The notes under the pieces are model-generated. The model was not told where the DNA came from. It worked only from the letters and a program-made list of their open reading frames with translations, and ran no database searches. From positions 2,046,001-2,110,000 of the forward strand of contig OZ251226.1 in assembly GCA_965240325.2 (NCBI GenBank): a stretch of 64,000 nucleotides of DNA, given 5' to 3'. Numbering within the stretch: position 1 is the first letter of the stretch; every line of letters begins with the position of its first letter. Made by a program: the position numbers and the translations under genes. This DNA comes from Rebecca billardiae RCC1528. Its lineage: Eukaryota; Protista; Haptophyta. This document shows, piece by piece, positions 11,093 through 24,054 of this stretch.

Positions 11093-13390
11093 CACGCTAC
11101 CTCGAGCTTGAGAGCGTCACCATGCTGTGTGGAAATCAGGATGAGCGATTAAGGTTGTCGCTGGGAATCCGGACGCCGCCCGCCGAACCGTTCGAAGAGC
11201 ATGGCGCCGCCGCCCGGCGCACGCGCAAGGACACGCCGCAGGAGGACCTGGGCGTGATATGCCGCGATCTCGCGCGCGAGGCGGTGCGCGTGAGGAGCAT
11301 GCGCACCGGAGGAGACCTCACAGACGCGCGCGACATGGACAACGACCTGCGCAAGGCATCTGAGTTGGCGCTATCTGCATCATCAACTCAGATGCCTTGC
11401 GCTAGACAGAGCTAAGGACTAATGACTATCTGCACAATCAATTCGGACATACGGCTCAAACGACACCTCCCCAGGCGTATTAGCCATCATCGCCACCACT
11501 CTGCTTGCGTCCTACAGCGGCCCACGCCCAGACTTGATGCCCGACGTCGCACACATGCATGACCCCCTCTGCCTCCATCGCAGCACGAGTGAAATACAGA
11601 TTACAGGCGCCTCACAGCCAGGGCCAGTAGCCCAGACCCCAGCCCAGCTACTGGGCTCGCTGACAGTCCCCTCAGTCCCCTTCGGCCAGTTCCCCGCACA
11701 GGGGTCGGCTAGTGGCTGGCCCTCTGCCCGCACTGGGGCACCCTGGGGGGTGCCCCTTCTGCCGACTCGCCACTCGGCTCACACTCGATGCTCTCGAATT
11801 GCAAGGCAGTGCACTGCTTGTACCTGGGACCACCCCTGTGTGCGAATCAAGCCTCGACGGGCGTCGGCCAACCCGTCGGCCACAGGATGCCCACTTTTGC
11901 CCGTTCATCGGCCAGTGGCCGACTACGACGAATAAATGCATAAATGAATATATATATATATTCATTCGATCATCCCTTTGTCTTTTTCGGCAAAAGACTA
12001 TTCACCACTCGGGCAGAACGTATGGTACCCCAACGAGGTCGGCTTGACTCTGTCTGGGCATGATCTCGTCGCAGAAGCTGCTTGCAGCCGACTACTGTGC
12101 TGCGGCAGCCACCGCTCGTCCGCTCGCCGCGAGGCTGCCGCAGTCGCCGCGTCGGCAGACGTGGTCTGCGTGAGACGATGCCGCAGCGCTGCTGGCAGTG
12201 CAAGCGCGAGCCGTGGCAGAAGTAGGGGCGGTCGTGGGCGCGGGCGTGGGCGCGGTCGCGGGCGCGGGTGCGGCCGCTGACTCGCCCTCGGAGTCTCGCC
12301 GGGCTCGCCGCCTGCTGCACCTCGCGTCCTTCACTCGCCGGGCCGGCGCGCAGAATCGGCAAATACATCGCAATAGACATAGTCGCCTGTAACTGATATA
12401 GTATATCAGATTAACACACACAGGCACACACACACACCTGCCAAGCTCGGTCGAGACCGCCACTGGGGCTCAACAAGTCGTCCACCAGTTGGGTCGGCCG
12501 AGCCTCGGGGCCGCCCTCTCGAACTACGACCGTGCAGAATCGGACAGTGCTGCAGCCCGCGCGGCGTGCTCACGCGGCCATCGTCACGTCCACGATTCAC
12601 GCGCCGGCGCCGTGGCCGTGCCGTCCGGCGCGGCCTACGAGCAGTACGGCGGTCCGGCCGCCGGACGGCCATCGGCCAATACCCATCGGCCAGAGATGGA
12701 TGGTCGACCGCTAACCATCGGCCATGGCCGCCTAGCGGCCAATATCATCGGTCATGGCCGGCCATATAGGCCTTGATTCGCACATAGGACCACCCCACAG
12801 TGTTGGGCTTGTATGCTGTTGGCAATGGCATACCCCCGCCCCCTCTGGAGGCGGGCTGTCCACAGTGGCGTGGTGTCAAGGCGCTAGGTGTCTCGGTCAG
12901 TGGTGTCTCGGTCAGCCCTATCTGCTGACCGACTATCCGATAGTCGACCCTCGCTGAGGGTACACGCCCACGGCCTGTGTGTCGTATGGTGAGCATTCGT
13001 TGCCATCCGCCAACAAAGAGCGCTTCATAGGCCGCCCATTCTTATGACACGCGCGCCGGGCGACGGCAGTGGAGACTAGGTCTGTGGGAACGCAGGGCAC
13101 CCCTTTCTAGGCTCTCTCTTCGTGCGCACCACCCCGCCGTACCGGGGCGTGCACAGCCACCCGTGCTGAGCACGACGTCTGTCATCGCCAGCCTGTGTGG
13201 TGCCTCAGGCGCCGGGGATGGGGGCTTAAACGCGCCCGGGGATCGACCATGGCACATGCCGACCTGCCAGGCCTACACCATCGACACGTGCGTGTCCACC
13301 ACGCCCGCGCACGCACTTTTGTTGGCGGTGGGCGGCGGGCGGCCGGCCGCCATGCGGCCACAGCGTGCCAACAAAAGTTGACGGGGCAGC

Positions 13391-14779
13391 TCCCGGACTT
13401 GGCCCCCGAACCTTACTATATGTGGGGTTATTGGTACAATAACTGATTGTCTAAGAGGACGACAAGAACGCCGGGCGCCAGCGCCGCTCATCAGCCACAT
13501 CGCCCTCTACCAGACCATCGCCTCAAAGGGCGCTGCTCCCGGACAAACAGTCTGTCCGGGTTGTTCTGCCGCCCAGGAGATCGATTTCCGGCGCCGGCCT
13601 CTGCCGCCTGCTTCGCCAGGCGCGGCGTGCGAGATGGCTCCAGCCAAGCTCGTCCTGCGTCGCCGGCGGCGGCGGCTCGCACGCGGGTGGCGCGTCGCGT
13701 GCACCGACCAACATCTTTGTAAGCAACGCTCCGCATCGCGCCCCCTCGCGCTTCGGGCCACCGCCTCTTCTCTCTCTGTGTGCGTGCGCACCCTGTGGCT
13801 CTTCCGCACCCGCCCCGATCGCACCGTTCCCTCTTCGCCACATGCCTCCTCCTCCGTGGGTGCGCCCCCACGCGGATCGCTGCTCCATCTCTCCCGCCCT
13901 GCCTCGGGATCGCCCCGGTGCCAACGCCAGCCGGCTCCTACACAAGGACCGCTGGCGGCACACCGCGCGCCGGGCCCCGTGCGCACCCGCGGGCCATTCA
14001 CAGCATCCGCAAAGGCCGTCTAGCCTTCTCCTGCTTCCGCAGCGCCGCGCCTCGGGGCCGGCTGCCTGCTATCTCTCCTATTCGGGTTCCGTCTCACTCG
14101 CACTGCCCCACCTGCCCAGCCCCCGCTGGCCGGCCCTCGTGCGTGCGCGACTCACACGTGCCTTGCCCCCTTTCCTTCCCATCACTCAATGGGATTCTCC
14201 TCCACGCGGTGCTCCCCAACACACCATGAAACGGGATCACTCACGCACCGCGTCTCGTCGACGGCGAGCGGCATGCCCACCGCATCTGCTGCCGCTCGCC
14301 AAGGCATGAGGACACGTAAATCCCACTGAGTAGGAACACACGCAGCCGCCTCGGCATCGACATGCCAGGCGGCGTGCCCACCTTCGGCCAGCAGTTGGCG
14401 TCGGCGTTCACGAGGACGGCTAGACGTGGGGTTATTGGTACAATAACTGATTGTCTAAGAGGACGACAAGAACGCCGGGCGCCAGCGCCGCTCATCAGCC
14501 ACATCGCCCTCTACCAGACCATCGCCTCAAAGGGCGCTGCTCCCGGACAAACAGTCTGTCCGGGTTGTTCTGCCGCCCAGGAGATCGATTTCCGGCGCCG
14601 GCCTCTGCCGCCTGCTTCGCCAGGCGCGGCGTGCGAGATGGCTCCAGCCAAGCTCGTCCTGCGTCGCCGGCGGCGGCGGCTCGCACGCGGGTGGCGCGTC
14701 GCGTGCACCGACCAACATCTTTCGGCAACCCGCCCACCCAGGGCCCGTTCCCGGACTTGGCCCCCGAACCTTACTATAT
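13391..14779. mobile_element. Repeat element with permuted direct repeats (A-B...B-A), LTR-like or split-repeat retroelement remnant
   Basis: B is 297 bp, apparently identical at 13422-13718 and 14426-14722. A is 31 bp at 13391-13421 and 14749-14779. No recognisable RT or integrase. Confidence 0.6.
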
Positions 14780-15860
14780 ATATAGGCACATTTGCCTGGC
14801 TGGGTGGGCAGTGCCCGCTTGGGCAGGGGGCTGTCTTGCTGGGCTGGACTCGGAGAAGGCAGCCTGCGCCTTGGGGCTGCCAGGGGCCTGCGGCAGAGCC
14901 AGCAGGTGGCTGCGTGGCCTGCTGGCCAGTGCCCGACTGTGCAAGGCCGTTGGCGTTGTGAGCTCAGTGACCAGTGTGACTGCCCGCAGCTGGGTCGGGT
15001 TGGAGAACGCGAGGGCGATGTCCATGTCCTGCTTCGACGCGACCATGATCACGAGAACGGAGAGGGCCGTGCGGAGGTCCTGCGGCTTGAGGACGAGAGC
15101 GCGTGGCAGGAGCTGGTCACGCATGTCGCCACCCGGCGGCTCCGCCATGTCAAAGGGTGAAGAGAGCGACGGGGCCGTGAGGCCCGAGGCGTGACGGCTG
15201 AGGCTCGTCGGCGTGGGCGACGAGGAGGACGGTTCGACGTCGGGAAATGAACCACGATGGGAGCGTGACGGGATGCCGAGACTGATAATGAACGTCGGCA
15301 ATTGTAGTGTCCCGTGACGGTTGGTGATCCGGGTGCGTATGGACTGGAGAGCGAGTCCGGGTAACGTCGGATCTTGACAGGTGGCAATGCCACCTCTCTC
15401 GCCTGAGACTCGTCCCGTTTTCCGGCGGCGCTACCATCGGCGACGGCTTCATGGGCGGTGACAGTTGGCGGGCGTCAATCTCGCCTGCCTGAGCTGTGTG
15501 CGTCTCTTATTCTTAGTAAACTGTACGTCTTTGACTCTTTGCCGCTTTTGCGGCCGCGGCGCGCGCGCGGCGCGCCCGCCCGCGCCAGGCGCCCAGCCCA
15601 GGAAGGCGTGCGGCACTCCGCACTGCGGCCGGCCGGGCGCAAACCTGAAAACGGTCCCAGTAGTCCGATCCCGGTCCAGGCTGTGGTGACTGGTGACAAG
15701 GACACCCTTGCTGGTGAGCAGCGTCTGTGCAGCTGCGATACTCGTGTGTGGAGGCGCGCAGCACGTAGTGGCCGCGTGGGTTCGCAGCGCCTCGGTCGTC
15801 CCGGGCAGCCGCTCGGGCCGGAAATAGCGTCGACTTCGAGCGCGTGGTCCCGCTGGCATC

Positions 15861-16643
15861 ATGCGCGACGAGGCACACGCGGTCGAGGCGATGCGCAAGG
15901 AGTTCGCCGGCGTGGAGCCCCCTCCAAACATGCCGCTCGATGATCGTTGCTTGGCGCGCTACGCACGGGCGCGGAATCTCGACGTGTCGAAGGCATCGCA
16001 CCTCCTCCACCAGACGATCGCGTGGCGGAAGCGCTTCGGCACAGACGACCTGCTCGCTCCCGAGCGGTACGCCGTTATCAAACGGGAGGCGGCGACGGGG
16101 AAAACGTTCGTTCCACCTTTCACAGACAAGCAAGGCCGTGCGATCCTCGTGATGCGCCCGTCGCGCGAGAACACGCACGAGCACGAGGGAAACCTCCTGC
16201 ATCTGGTGTACCAGATGGAGCGCATCGTCGCCTCGATGGCACCCGCTGGCCCCGAGAAGCTGCTGCTTCTGATCGACTTCAAGGGCTACAGCATGCTCAA
16301 CGCGCCGCCCATGAAGACCAGCCGCGAGACGCTGAACATCCTCCAGCACCACTACCCGGAGCGGCTAGGGAAGGCGGTGCTCTTCGATGCGCCGTGGCTC
16401 TTCTCGGCCACGTTCAAGGCGCTCACCCCCTTCATCGACCCCGTCACCCGCGATAAGATCAGCTTCTTCTCCACGAGCTCGGCCCCTGACCTGGATGCCC
16501 TCGGTGAGATCGTCGACCAAGACCTGCTGGAGAAGGGGCTGGGTGGCCGAAATGCGAAGGATCTGTTTGATGCCAACGCGTACTTCGAGCCGACGGCCGA
16601 TCCGCTGGTCGCCGGCGGTCTAAGTCGGGAGGAACTCGGATGA
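15861..16643 (+). CDS. CRAL-TRIO/Sec14-family lipid transfer protein (Pdr16/Sfh3-like)
   Basis: CLARYARARNLDVSKA, DKQGRAILVMRPSRENT, LLIDFKGYS, LNILQHHYPERLGKA, PFIDPVTRDKI. Confidence 0.93.
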   Translation: MRDEAHAVEAMRKEFAGVEPPPNMPLDDRCLARYARARNLDVSKASHLLHQTIAWRKRFGTDDLLAPERYAVIKREAATGKTFVPPFTDKQGRAILVMRPSRENTHEHEGNLLHLVYQMERIVASMAPAGPEKLLLLIDFKGYSMLNAPPMKTSRETLNILQHHYPERLGKAVLFDAPWLFSATFKALTPFIDPVTRDKISFFSTSSAPDLDALGEIVDQDLLEKGLGGRNAKDLFDANAYFEPTADPLVAGGLSREELG

Positions 16644-17147
16644 TCGACGGCTGGGCCTGATCACATGGCCGCCGATAGTCATACTAGTAACTAGTTACTG
16701 CTACGTACCGGGCGCAGCCTGCCGCGACGCCCTGACCGAGTTTATATCATCAGCATATATTTGCCATCATCAGAATCTGTAGTAGTAGATCCGAGAAGCG
16801 CAGCCGTCCGCGAGCGCTGGTTGGCCGGCGGCACGACAGCACGTCTGATTCCCCTTACATGATGATATATTGATGACGCAATATTTCAGCATCTAATCGG
16901 GGCGCGCTGTATAGCTATGCCTGTATCAGTACTATGTCAGTGGGTGCTACCAACACCCACTGACCGTGACCGATACTTAATATGACAGCCCGCAGCTGCC
17001 TGTATTGAATATTACTGTATTGAATGCCGGCTGCCATACAGACAGGGCCCATCAACTACAGGCACAGCCGCTCCGCACAGCCCCACTCCCCCAGCCGCCG
17101 CCGCGGCACTGTTTACCAGCGCGCCGCCGGGCCCGAACTACCGCCAT

Positions 17148-17945
17148 CCGGACTATAGCAGGCCACCTGTATCACTGTATCACTGTAATCTGTATCTGCC
17201 TCAGGTCTGTATCACTGATAGTGATACCGGGGGGGGGCTCCTCAGTGCCAGCTGCCGCGCCGCGCGCGCCACCGTCCACCCGGCCACTGCCACCACCCGG
17301 ACTATACAGGCTACAGCAGCGGCCACCCGTGTATCAATGCTGTATCACTGATGTACTGTATCTGCCTGTATCACTGATACGAGGGGGGCTCCTCCCGGCC
17401 GCGGCGCCGCCGCGCCGCGCGCGTCCGCACCCGGACTGCCGGCCATCCGGACTACAGGCTACCTTTATCACTGTATCACTGTATTCGCCTGTCGTTATCA
17501 CTGATACTGTACTGGGGGCTCCTTCCTCGGCCGGCGGCGGCCGCCGCGCCGTCGCCTGGCGCGCGCCGCCCGCCCGCCGCCGGACTCGGCCGCCGCCACC
17601 CGCCTGAGCCGGGCTTGGCCACCCGGCCGGTACTCCGGAGTCCGGGTGGCGGCAATCCGTTCCGGGGCGGCGGGCGCGCGGCGCGGCGCGGTGGCCGGGA
17701 GGAGCCCCCCCGAGTATCATAATCAGTGATACAGGCACGGATACAGTGATACGGTCACGGTCAGATACAGGCCGGTGGCCGGGAGTCCGGGTGGTTGCAG
17801 TCCGGGCGGGCGGCTGCGCAGGCGGCGCGGCGGCTGGGTGAAGGAGGCCCCCCCGTATCAGTGATACAGGCAAGATACAGTGATACAGTGATACAGGTGG
17901 CCTGTAGTCCGGGTGGCGGCAGTCCGGGTGGACGGCGGCGCGGCG
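17148..17945. repeat. Foldback array of ~145-bp units rich in TGTATCAC and CCGGACT
   Basis: Three forward units (~17148, 17298, 17447) followed by about two reverse-complement units (GTGATACA, AGTCCGG) after ~17630. Confidence 0.75.
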
Positions 17946-18468
17946 GGCCGGGCCCGACGACCCCCACTCTCGAGCGCGACGACAAAGGCGCGCGTCTTCG
18001 CAGCTCGTGTGGGCGTGAGTGCTGGGCCGCGTCAGGGCGCGCTGGAGCCGTGGCGTGATGGAGACGTGGCGCCCGTGCGCTGTTCTGCGAGCCGCAGCGC
18101 GACAGCCAGGCATCGCTGCAGTTGTCGCCACGCCCGGCGCCGCTGACAGCGCGGCAGCCGCCGCCGGGTGCCACGCCAAGACTGGCACGCGCCCTTCGGG
18201 CCGAGCGCGCAGGCGAGAGCCGGCATCGTGCCTGTTGGCCGCCGCCATGTACACGTGCTCGCTGCGCGGAACCCACGCGGCGCACGGTACGCGTGGTTTG
18301 GCGTGGCTACCAGCGGCCGGCAAGGCCGCGCATCTGGGCCGCGTGCGTGCACGGGTCGGGACATGCGCAAGCAGGGCGCGGCCGGCGCCTCGCTCGCGCG
18401 CGCGCACGAGTGCACGCGCGTGCCGGCCGTCCCCACGCGCCGCGCTGGCGCGCTTACGCGTCCTGATA

Positions 18469-19558
18469 CTGCGGTCATGTTGAAGCCCCCCCCCCCATGT
18501 CCTTCTGTAGGGGGTAGGTGCACCCTGCTCGAAGGGCTGATGGGCTGCAGGGGGGGGGGGGCAACCTGCTCAAGCTCTAGGCTGGCAGGCTGCAGCCGCA
18601 GGGGGCGGGGTGCAGGCACCCCGACTTCAGCAGGCCCATGGTTGGGTGCTTCGCGCAGGCGCGCGCCGCGGGCACGGGCTGGCTGTCACAGTGTAGCAAG
18701 TGGTACCAGAATTCTCCGTGGAGAGCGCGCCTGCGGCGCAGGGAGTGACCTTCATATCATAGTAGTCTTCATCACGTATCCACCACCTCACGATATGCGC
18801 CTGCCCAGGGGCCACCGCACGTGCCTCGTGTCGGCGCTGCCCACCGTGCCGTCCGCGGACTGGCGACCGCAATCGTCGCCCCTGCCAGGGACTCGGCCGC
18901 CGACTCGGTATTCATGAGCGGCACCTAGCCTAGGGTGGTCGGCGCGTCGCTGCTCGCAAAGTGCCCACCCAAGTAGACGCCCCAGCCCGCCCCAAGCTCG
19001 GCCACTGCCATGCCACCGCGTGGCGAGCGCAACCGGTGCGCTCTGGGCTGACCAAGCCCGCAACGGCCGGGAGCGGCGCGGACGCCGCGCCACCGCGTCT
19101 GCCTGCCGTCGCGGTTGGATTGAGCACGGACCGTAGCACGAAGGCACGTGGCGTGCCAGCGCGCTGCCAGCCCACCAGCGCTCTCTGTTGCACGTACGCG
19201 CACAACGCACGGCTTGGCCGGGCGGCCGGGGGCCGCGGGGCGGAATCCAGCGCCGCCATCGCGCCTTCGCGCGGCGATGATGCTGTTCGGCCTTTATAGG
19301 AAAGCGCGCCAAAAAGGGCCAATAAAAATTTTCTTCGCCTCGGGCCGGCGGGGCCCCGGGGGACGCCCCCCGGACCCCCCGCTGTGGGTCCGGGGGCTGG
19401 CGCCCCCGGACTTCCGGTGCAGAGGGGGGGTCGCTACCGCCTCGGGGCCGCGAGACGCTCAGGAGGGGGTTGGTGCAACCTGCTCACACCCAGAAGCAAG
19501 GGCCGTACCAGAAGGGCCCACAGAAGGACACAGTGGCCGGGTTACAACATGACTGCAG
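18469..19558. mobile_element. Non-autonomous TIR DNA transposon (degenerate)
   Basis: Left CTGCGGTCATGTTG...TGTCCTTCTGT matches the reverse complement of right ACAGAAGGACA...CAACATGACTGCAG. Internal AAAATTTTC/GGGGG..CCCCCGGACCCCC motif. No ORF recognised. Confidence 0.55.
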
Positions 19559-22044
19559 AGTATGAGTCTGATCACCCTGTGCCCTCGCCTATTTTAGACC
19601 ATTGTCGTGTTATATTTATAATTTCGTTTTGCGCAATCGTACGGCTCGAGAGTAGCTAACGGGTAAACCCGTCTTGTACGTACCGGATAACTGTCAGGCA
19701 GCGCCATCGTGCCGACGTGCCCACGGCCGACGTGCGCGAATTTGTGCGACGGCGGCAGCGACGAGGTCGCGGTCCCCGGCCGCTCCGACGCGCTCTTGAC
19801 ATCCGCGTGGGCCGTGCGGATGTCAAGAACCCATCCTACTCTTCGACGGTGCCGACCTCGCCGCTAGCGGCGTCGCACAAATTTGATGATTGGTACCTCG
19901 GGCATGCCCGCGGCCCGCATGCCAGGTCCGCGCGGCGCTCTGTGGGCAAGCGAGCCAAGGGGCGCAGCGAGTCCGGTGCGGCTGTCGTACGGGTCGATCG
20001 CGAGCGCCGAGTCGCAGCCGCGCGCGCCGCGCCGCTGGCGCCGGGTCGCCCGGGGGAGAAGGCGCCGCTGCAGCGCTCCTTCTGCCATCACGCCGTAGTG
20101 ATCACGCGATCCGCCGGCAGGAAGGTCTACCTGACTTGCGCCCAGTTTTGACAAAAACGATGAATCTTCAACTCCGCGCGCTCTGGGTAAACCTGACAGT
20201 TATAGTGGGGCGGCCCTTTAGGGTCCAGGTTGCAGTTCTACGTCAGATTTCTAGCAGTTTGGCATGCCGCGTATAGACTACTATGGGGCGCCGGGCGGCC
20301 CGTGCGCATGCGCGGTGACTTACGTAGGGCCCCAAGCAGACTGTTCAAGCTACATACACAGGCCAAGTCCATATCGCTGACCTCGGCATGGCCCGTAGCG
20401 TACGCACAGGGCGTTCCCTGCCGCCATGGGGCCATGCACACCTCGCCCGAATGCTGCCCGTCGTAGCTTCTGTGGCCCCACGGGCTCGGCCCACGGAGTG
20501 CCGCCGACATCCGCGAGTAGGTGCACACCTCCGAAACAGCCTCGGCGCACGGTTCAAACGACTGGACGCACGTGTGCACGTCCGCCCCCGTACGCCCTGA
20601 CCACCTGGGCGGGCAGTGGCGCGCATACCCGATGCAGCGCATCCACCACGTCTGCACTGCTCGACACATGTGCATGCTGGTCCACGGCGACGGTCCACGG
20701 CTGAAGCATGAGGATAGACGCGACGAGCTCATCAGGGGGCGGGCCAGGAGGCCGGCGCACGTGCTTTGACCACCCGGCATGCGCTCCGGACCGTGCTGTA
20801 CGCGCTCGGCTCGCACGAGCCCCGAATCGGCGTGCGCAAGCGGCAGCCATGGCTGTTTAATATCCGATAATCTGGATCCCTTGGTCCTATCGTCTCTCGC
20901 TTATTCTCAACAGTTAGAAAACGGGTAGTAGATCGACCAAACCGAGGCTACCGAGCTCAGACGAACCGGAGTGTACCCATTCTATGATTTAACGACACAG
21001 GTAGGACGCCTAGGACGACGCGGGTCTCCTGATTCGTCGGCGGCAGTGCCCGATCGTCGACACGAAGTCGGCGTTGGTGGCAGAGCATAGCCTGCACCGC
21101 GATCGTAAAGCTTGAGCGCGGCCTTGAGCTGCTGGAGCGCGATCCACCTGCGCTGCGCGGCTCGCATGGCCCTGCTGTGCCCCGAGCGAGGGCGATGGTG
21201 CAGGTCCGGATGTCAGCTGGCAGTCTCAGCCGCTGGTAGCAGCTGCCGAGCTGGTCGAGCCTGCCCCGTGCTCCCCGAGCGGTCGCGTACGCGCCTGCCG
21301 CTCGAGCCAGCTGGCTGGCTGGCGGCGGCTGGCGCTGCGGCGTCGTCCAGGGTGCGCTTCGTCCGCTGCTGCGGCAGCTCCTCGTCGTCCAAGTCGTCGC
21401 CCGGGGGCGAGTCTCGGTCCTCGTGGAGCGGGGCAGCAGGGACTGGCGAGTGGGTGCAGCGGTCGGTGCCAGGCGCGCCGCCTTGCGCGCCTGGCGTTCC
21501 TTGACGGCGCGGCGCGTCGAGGAGCGACGGCTCGATGGAGAACAAATCCGTCGGCCCTCGGCATCGCGCCGTTGCCCGCGCGTCCCACGCCGGGGCTTCT
21601 TCTTCCGCTTCTGAGAGTGCTGCTGCTCGTCGTTTGCCTGCGGCATTCTCCTTCCTCAGCGTCCATGCCCTGCGCGGCGGGCGGGCGAACCGGCGGGGCC
21701 GGCTTGCGCGCTGCGCGCTGGGCGGTCGGCGGGGGAGCACGAGTAGGCGCGCCACGGCCTCCCTTGCGCCGCCGGCGGGGGCCGGCGGGTTTTCCCTGTG
21801 GAGAAGCAGAGCCATCCTCCTGCGTGGCCGAGTCCTGGCGATGCGGAGAGTGCGTCAGCCGCGTGCCATCCGGAAGCGTGATGGTCCACCAGCGCGAGAG
21901 GCCATCCGCGGCGGTGCGCTTCGATCCGTCACACAGTGCGCGGTCGGAGAAGCGCAGCTCGCCGGGGAAAGTCCCCTCGGGCTCGGTGTTCGTGGCGACG
22001 CTGGGCATCCTCGGTCACGTAGCCATGCTGGAGTCGACCGAGCT

Positions 22045-23681
22045 CAGGCGATGTACCATGGTGCATTTTGGTACACTTTGGTACAGGTTGGTACATTTTG
22101 CAAGTGTACCAACGTGTACCAAAATGCTGTACCAAATGTATCGAAGTGTACCAGTTCGCACCCACTCACCCAGATATACATGTACCAGGTGTACCAAATC
22201 CGACCAAAATGTACCAACTCGTCCAAAGAATGTACCAACGTATCCTAAAAGGTACCAAAAATGTACCAAATGTACCAACTCTCCCAAATGTACCAGCAAC
22301 GGAGCGATGGCGTCGCAAGCGGCGCATTCCACGTGCCTGGTCGGTCGACTGCACGCTCGCGCGGTCGAGCATGTGCTGGGCTGCGTACGCTGCAGCACAC
22401 ACGCGTCGTGCAGCGCGCGGTGTGCGCCCGCTCCCCGCCCCTGCTCCCGACGCAAGGGCCGCTGCGGCGGTCGTGGCTGCGTGCCGAGCCACGTGCACGC
22501 CTGGCACGAGTGAAAAGGCCGTGCGTGGGTGCGCGCACACAGTCACGCGCAGTGGCGCGGGCGCAGCGCATTCGAGCGATCGCGCACGCGTGCGCGTTCC
22601 GCTCGCCCACCGCGCGCGGCTTGCTGAGCGCGCACGCGCGCGCATGACGGCATCCGCCGGCCGGCGACCGCTGCGGCCGGTGCCCGTGGCGACGCACACG
22701 CGGCGCATCAGGCAGGCGCATCAGGCCGGCGCGGCCGACCTCGGCCTGCGCGTCGTCCGCCGGCGGCCGCGCCACATCTGCCCTTAGGCCGGGCGCAGCA
22801 GCGGGCACGCCACCTGTCGTGTGCGGCATGCTGGTGGCTGGCTGATGCAGCAGCCAAGCTGCCGCGTGCCTCGCGCTGCCGTAGTCAGCTTGCCGGGTGG
22901 CCAGGCGCGAGTAGAGAGGGGTGAGCACGGCATCGCCTTTCCCACCCTCCTTAGCCGTCCCCAGGCTTGCGAAGACGGGGTTGAGTCGGCGGATGTCCGC
23001 CGTCATCATGACGGCCTCGACACTGGTGTCGCGCTGTTGGACTTGGAGGGATTGCTCGAGCTCTGATACTTAGCAGGATAGCGCCCGCTCGGCACCCGCT
23101 CGGCCTCCCGCAGGGGCTCGTCGTGCTTGAGCTCGGGGTCAAAGTGGTCGTCCCACGTAACGTCGTCGATGTCGAGCGTGCCCGCCATGTCGATGATGGG
23201 CGCACTCGTGCCCCGCACGACTCGTCTAGCACATTGGGAAGCAGCCGAGTCAGCCGCGATCGCGGTCCGGCACCCTGATGTACCATCAGCGATTCTGAAT
23301 CTGGTACACTCATGAAGTGTACCAGCTCCGAATCGCTGGCTGCTGTGGTACATGTTGGTACATCTTGGGGATGAGTACGTTGGTACATTTGGTACATTTT
23401 TAGGCGACGTTGGTACATTCTTGGGAGGAGTTATTATTGGTATATTTTGGGAGCGCGGAGTTGGTACATTCAAAAATGTACCAAAATGTACCAAACTGTA
23501 CCAAACTGTACCAAAGTGTACCATGGTACACCCAATGACATTTGGTACATTGTCAGGATGCGTTGGTACACATTGACAGTACATAATTGCGCGTACACCA
23601 TTGGTACATTTGGTACATCTCTGACATGTACCAATAGTGTACCAATTCTGTACCAAAGTGTACCATGGTATACATCCGCTG
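22045..23681 (-). mobile_element. Internally deleted hAT-like DNA transposon with TGTACCA subterminal arrays
   Basis: Imperfect TIRs CAGGCGATGTACCATGGT / rc CAGCGGATGTATACCATGGT. Dense TGTACCA/TGGTACA arrays at 22050-22295 and 23280-23670. Internal minus-strand peptides VTWDDHFD...YPAK (BED-like) and ARHAAAWLLHQP (hAT 'HAAAyxLxP'-like), separated by a stop. Confidence 0.65.
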
Positions 23682-23852
23682 AGCTGAGAGCTCGGTATAG
23701 TTACACTCCTCATTCTGAGCTCGGTTTGGTGCCAACTCCCGTTAGAAAACTGTACTCACATCAACCAACAAATACTCACCAGGTCTCAGGGATCCATTCT
23801 ATTATTTAATTAACGACGCAATTAGGACCGGCATCAGGGCTATCATATCTAA

Positions 23853-24054
23853 TATTACCGATTTCGGGCAACCGAAATCGACAAACAAAAGAAAGCGGAA
23901 AAGTGAAAACCGATATCGAAAACGGAAAATATTTCTCGAAAACGAATAAACGATTTCGAGAAAACGAAAACGATTTCGAGAAAGAAAACGTTTTCGATTT
24001 CGATTTCTGGAAATCGTGTGTTGGCACGATTTCGGTTGCCCGAAATCGGTAATA
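23853..24054. mobile_element. MITE with perfect 28-bp terminal inverted repeat (outer TA may be the TSD)
   Basis: TATTACCGATTTCGGGCAACCGAAATCG at 23853-23880 and its reverse complement at 24027-24054; AT-rich interior with CGATTTCG/GAAAACG repeats. Confidence 0.85.

Noticed and set aside
13422-13718. CTGATGA on the minus strand of repeat B as a hammerhead core
   Set aside because: No GAAA follows a stem II at the required position.
19688-20202. 12-bp inverted repeat ATAACTGTCAGG as MITE ends
   Set aside because: Too short and no TSD identified.
22050-23670. TGTACCA and TGTATCAC arrays as CRISPR arrays
   Set aside because: No constant-length repeats with unique spacers, no cas genes, eukaryotic context.
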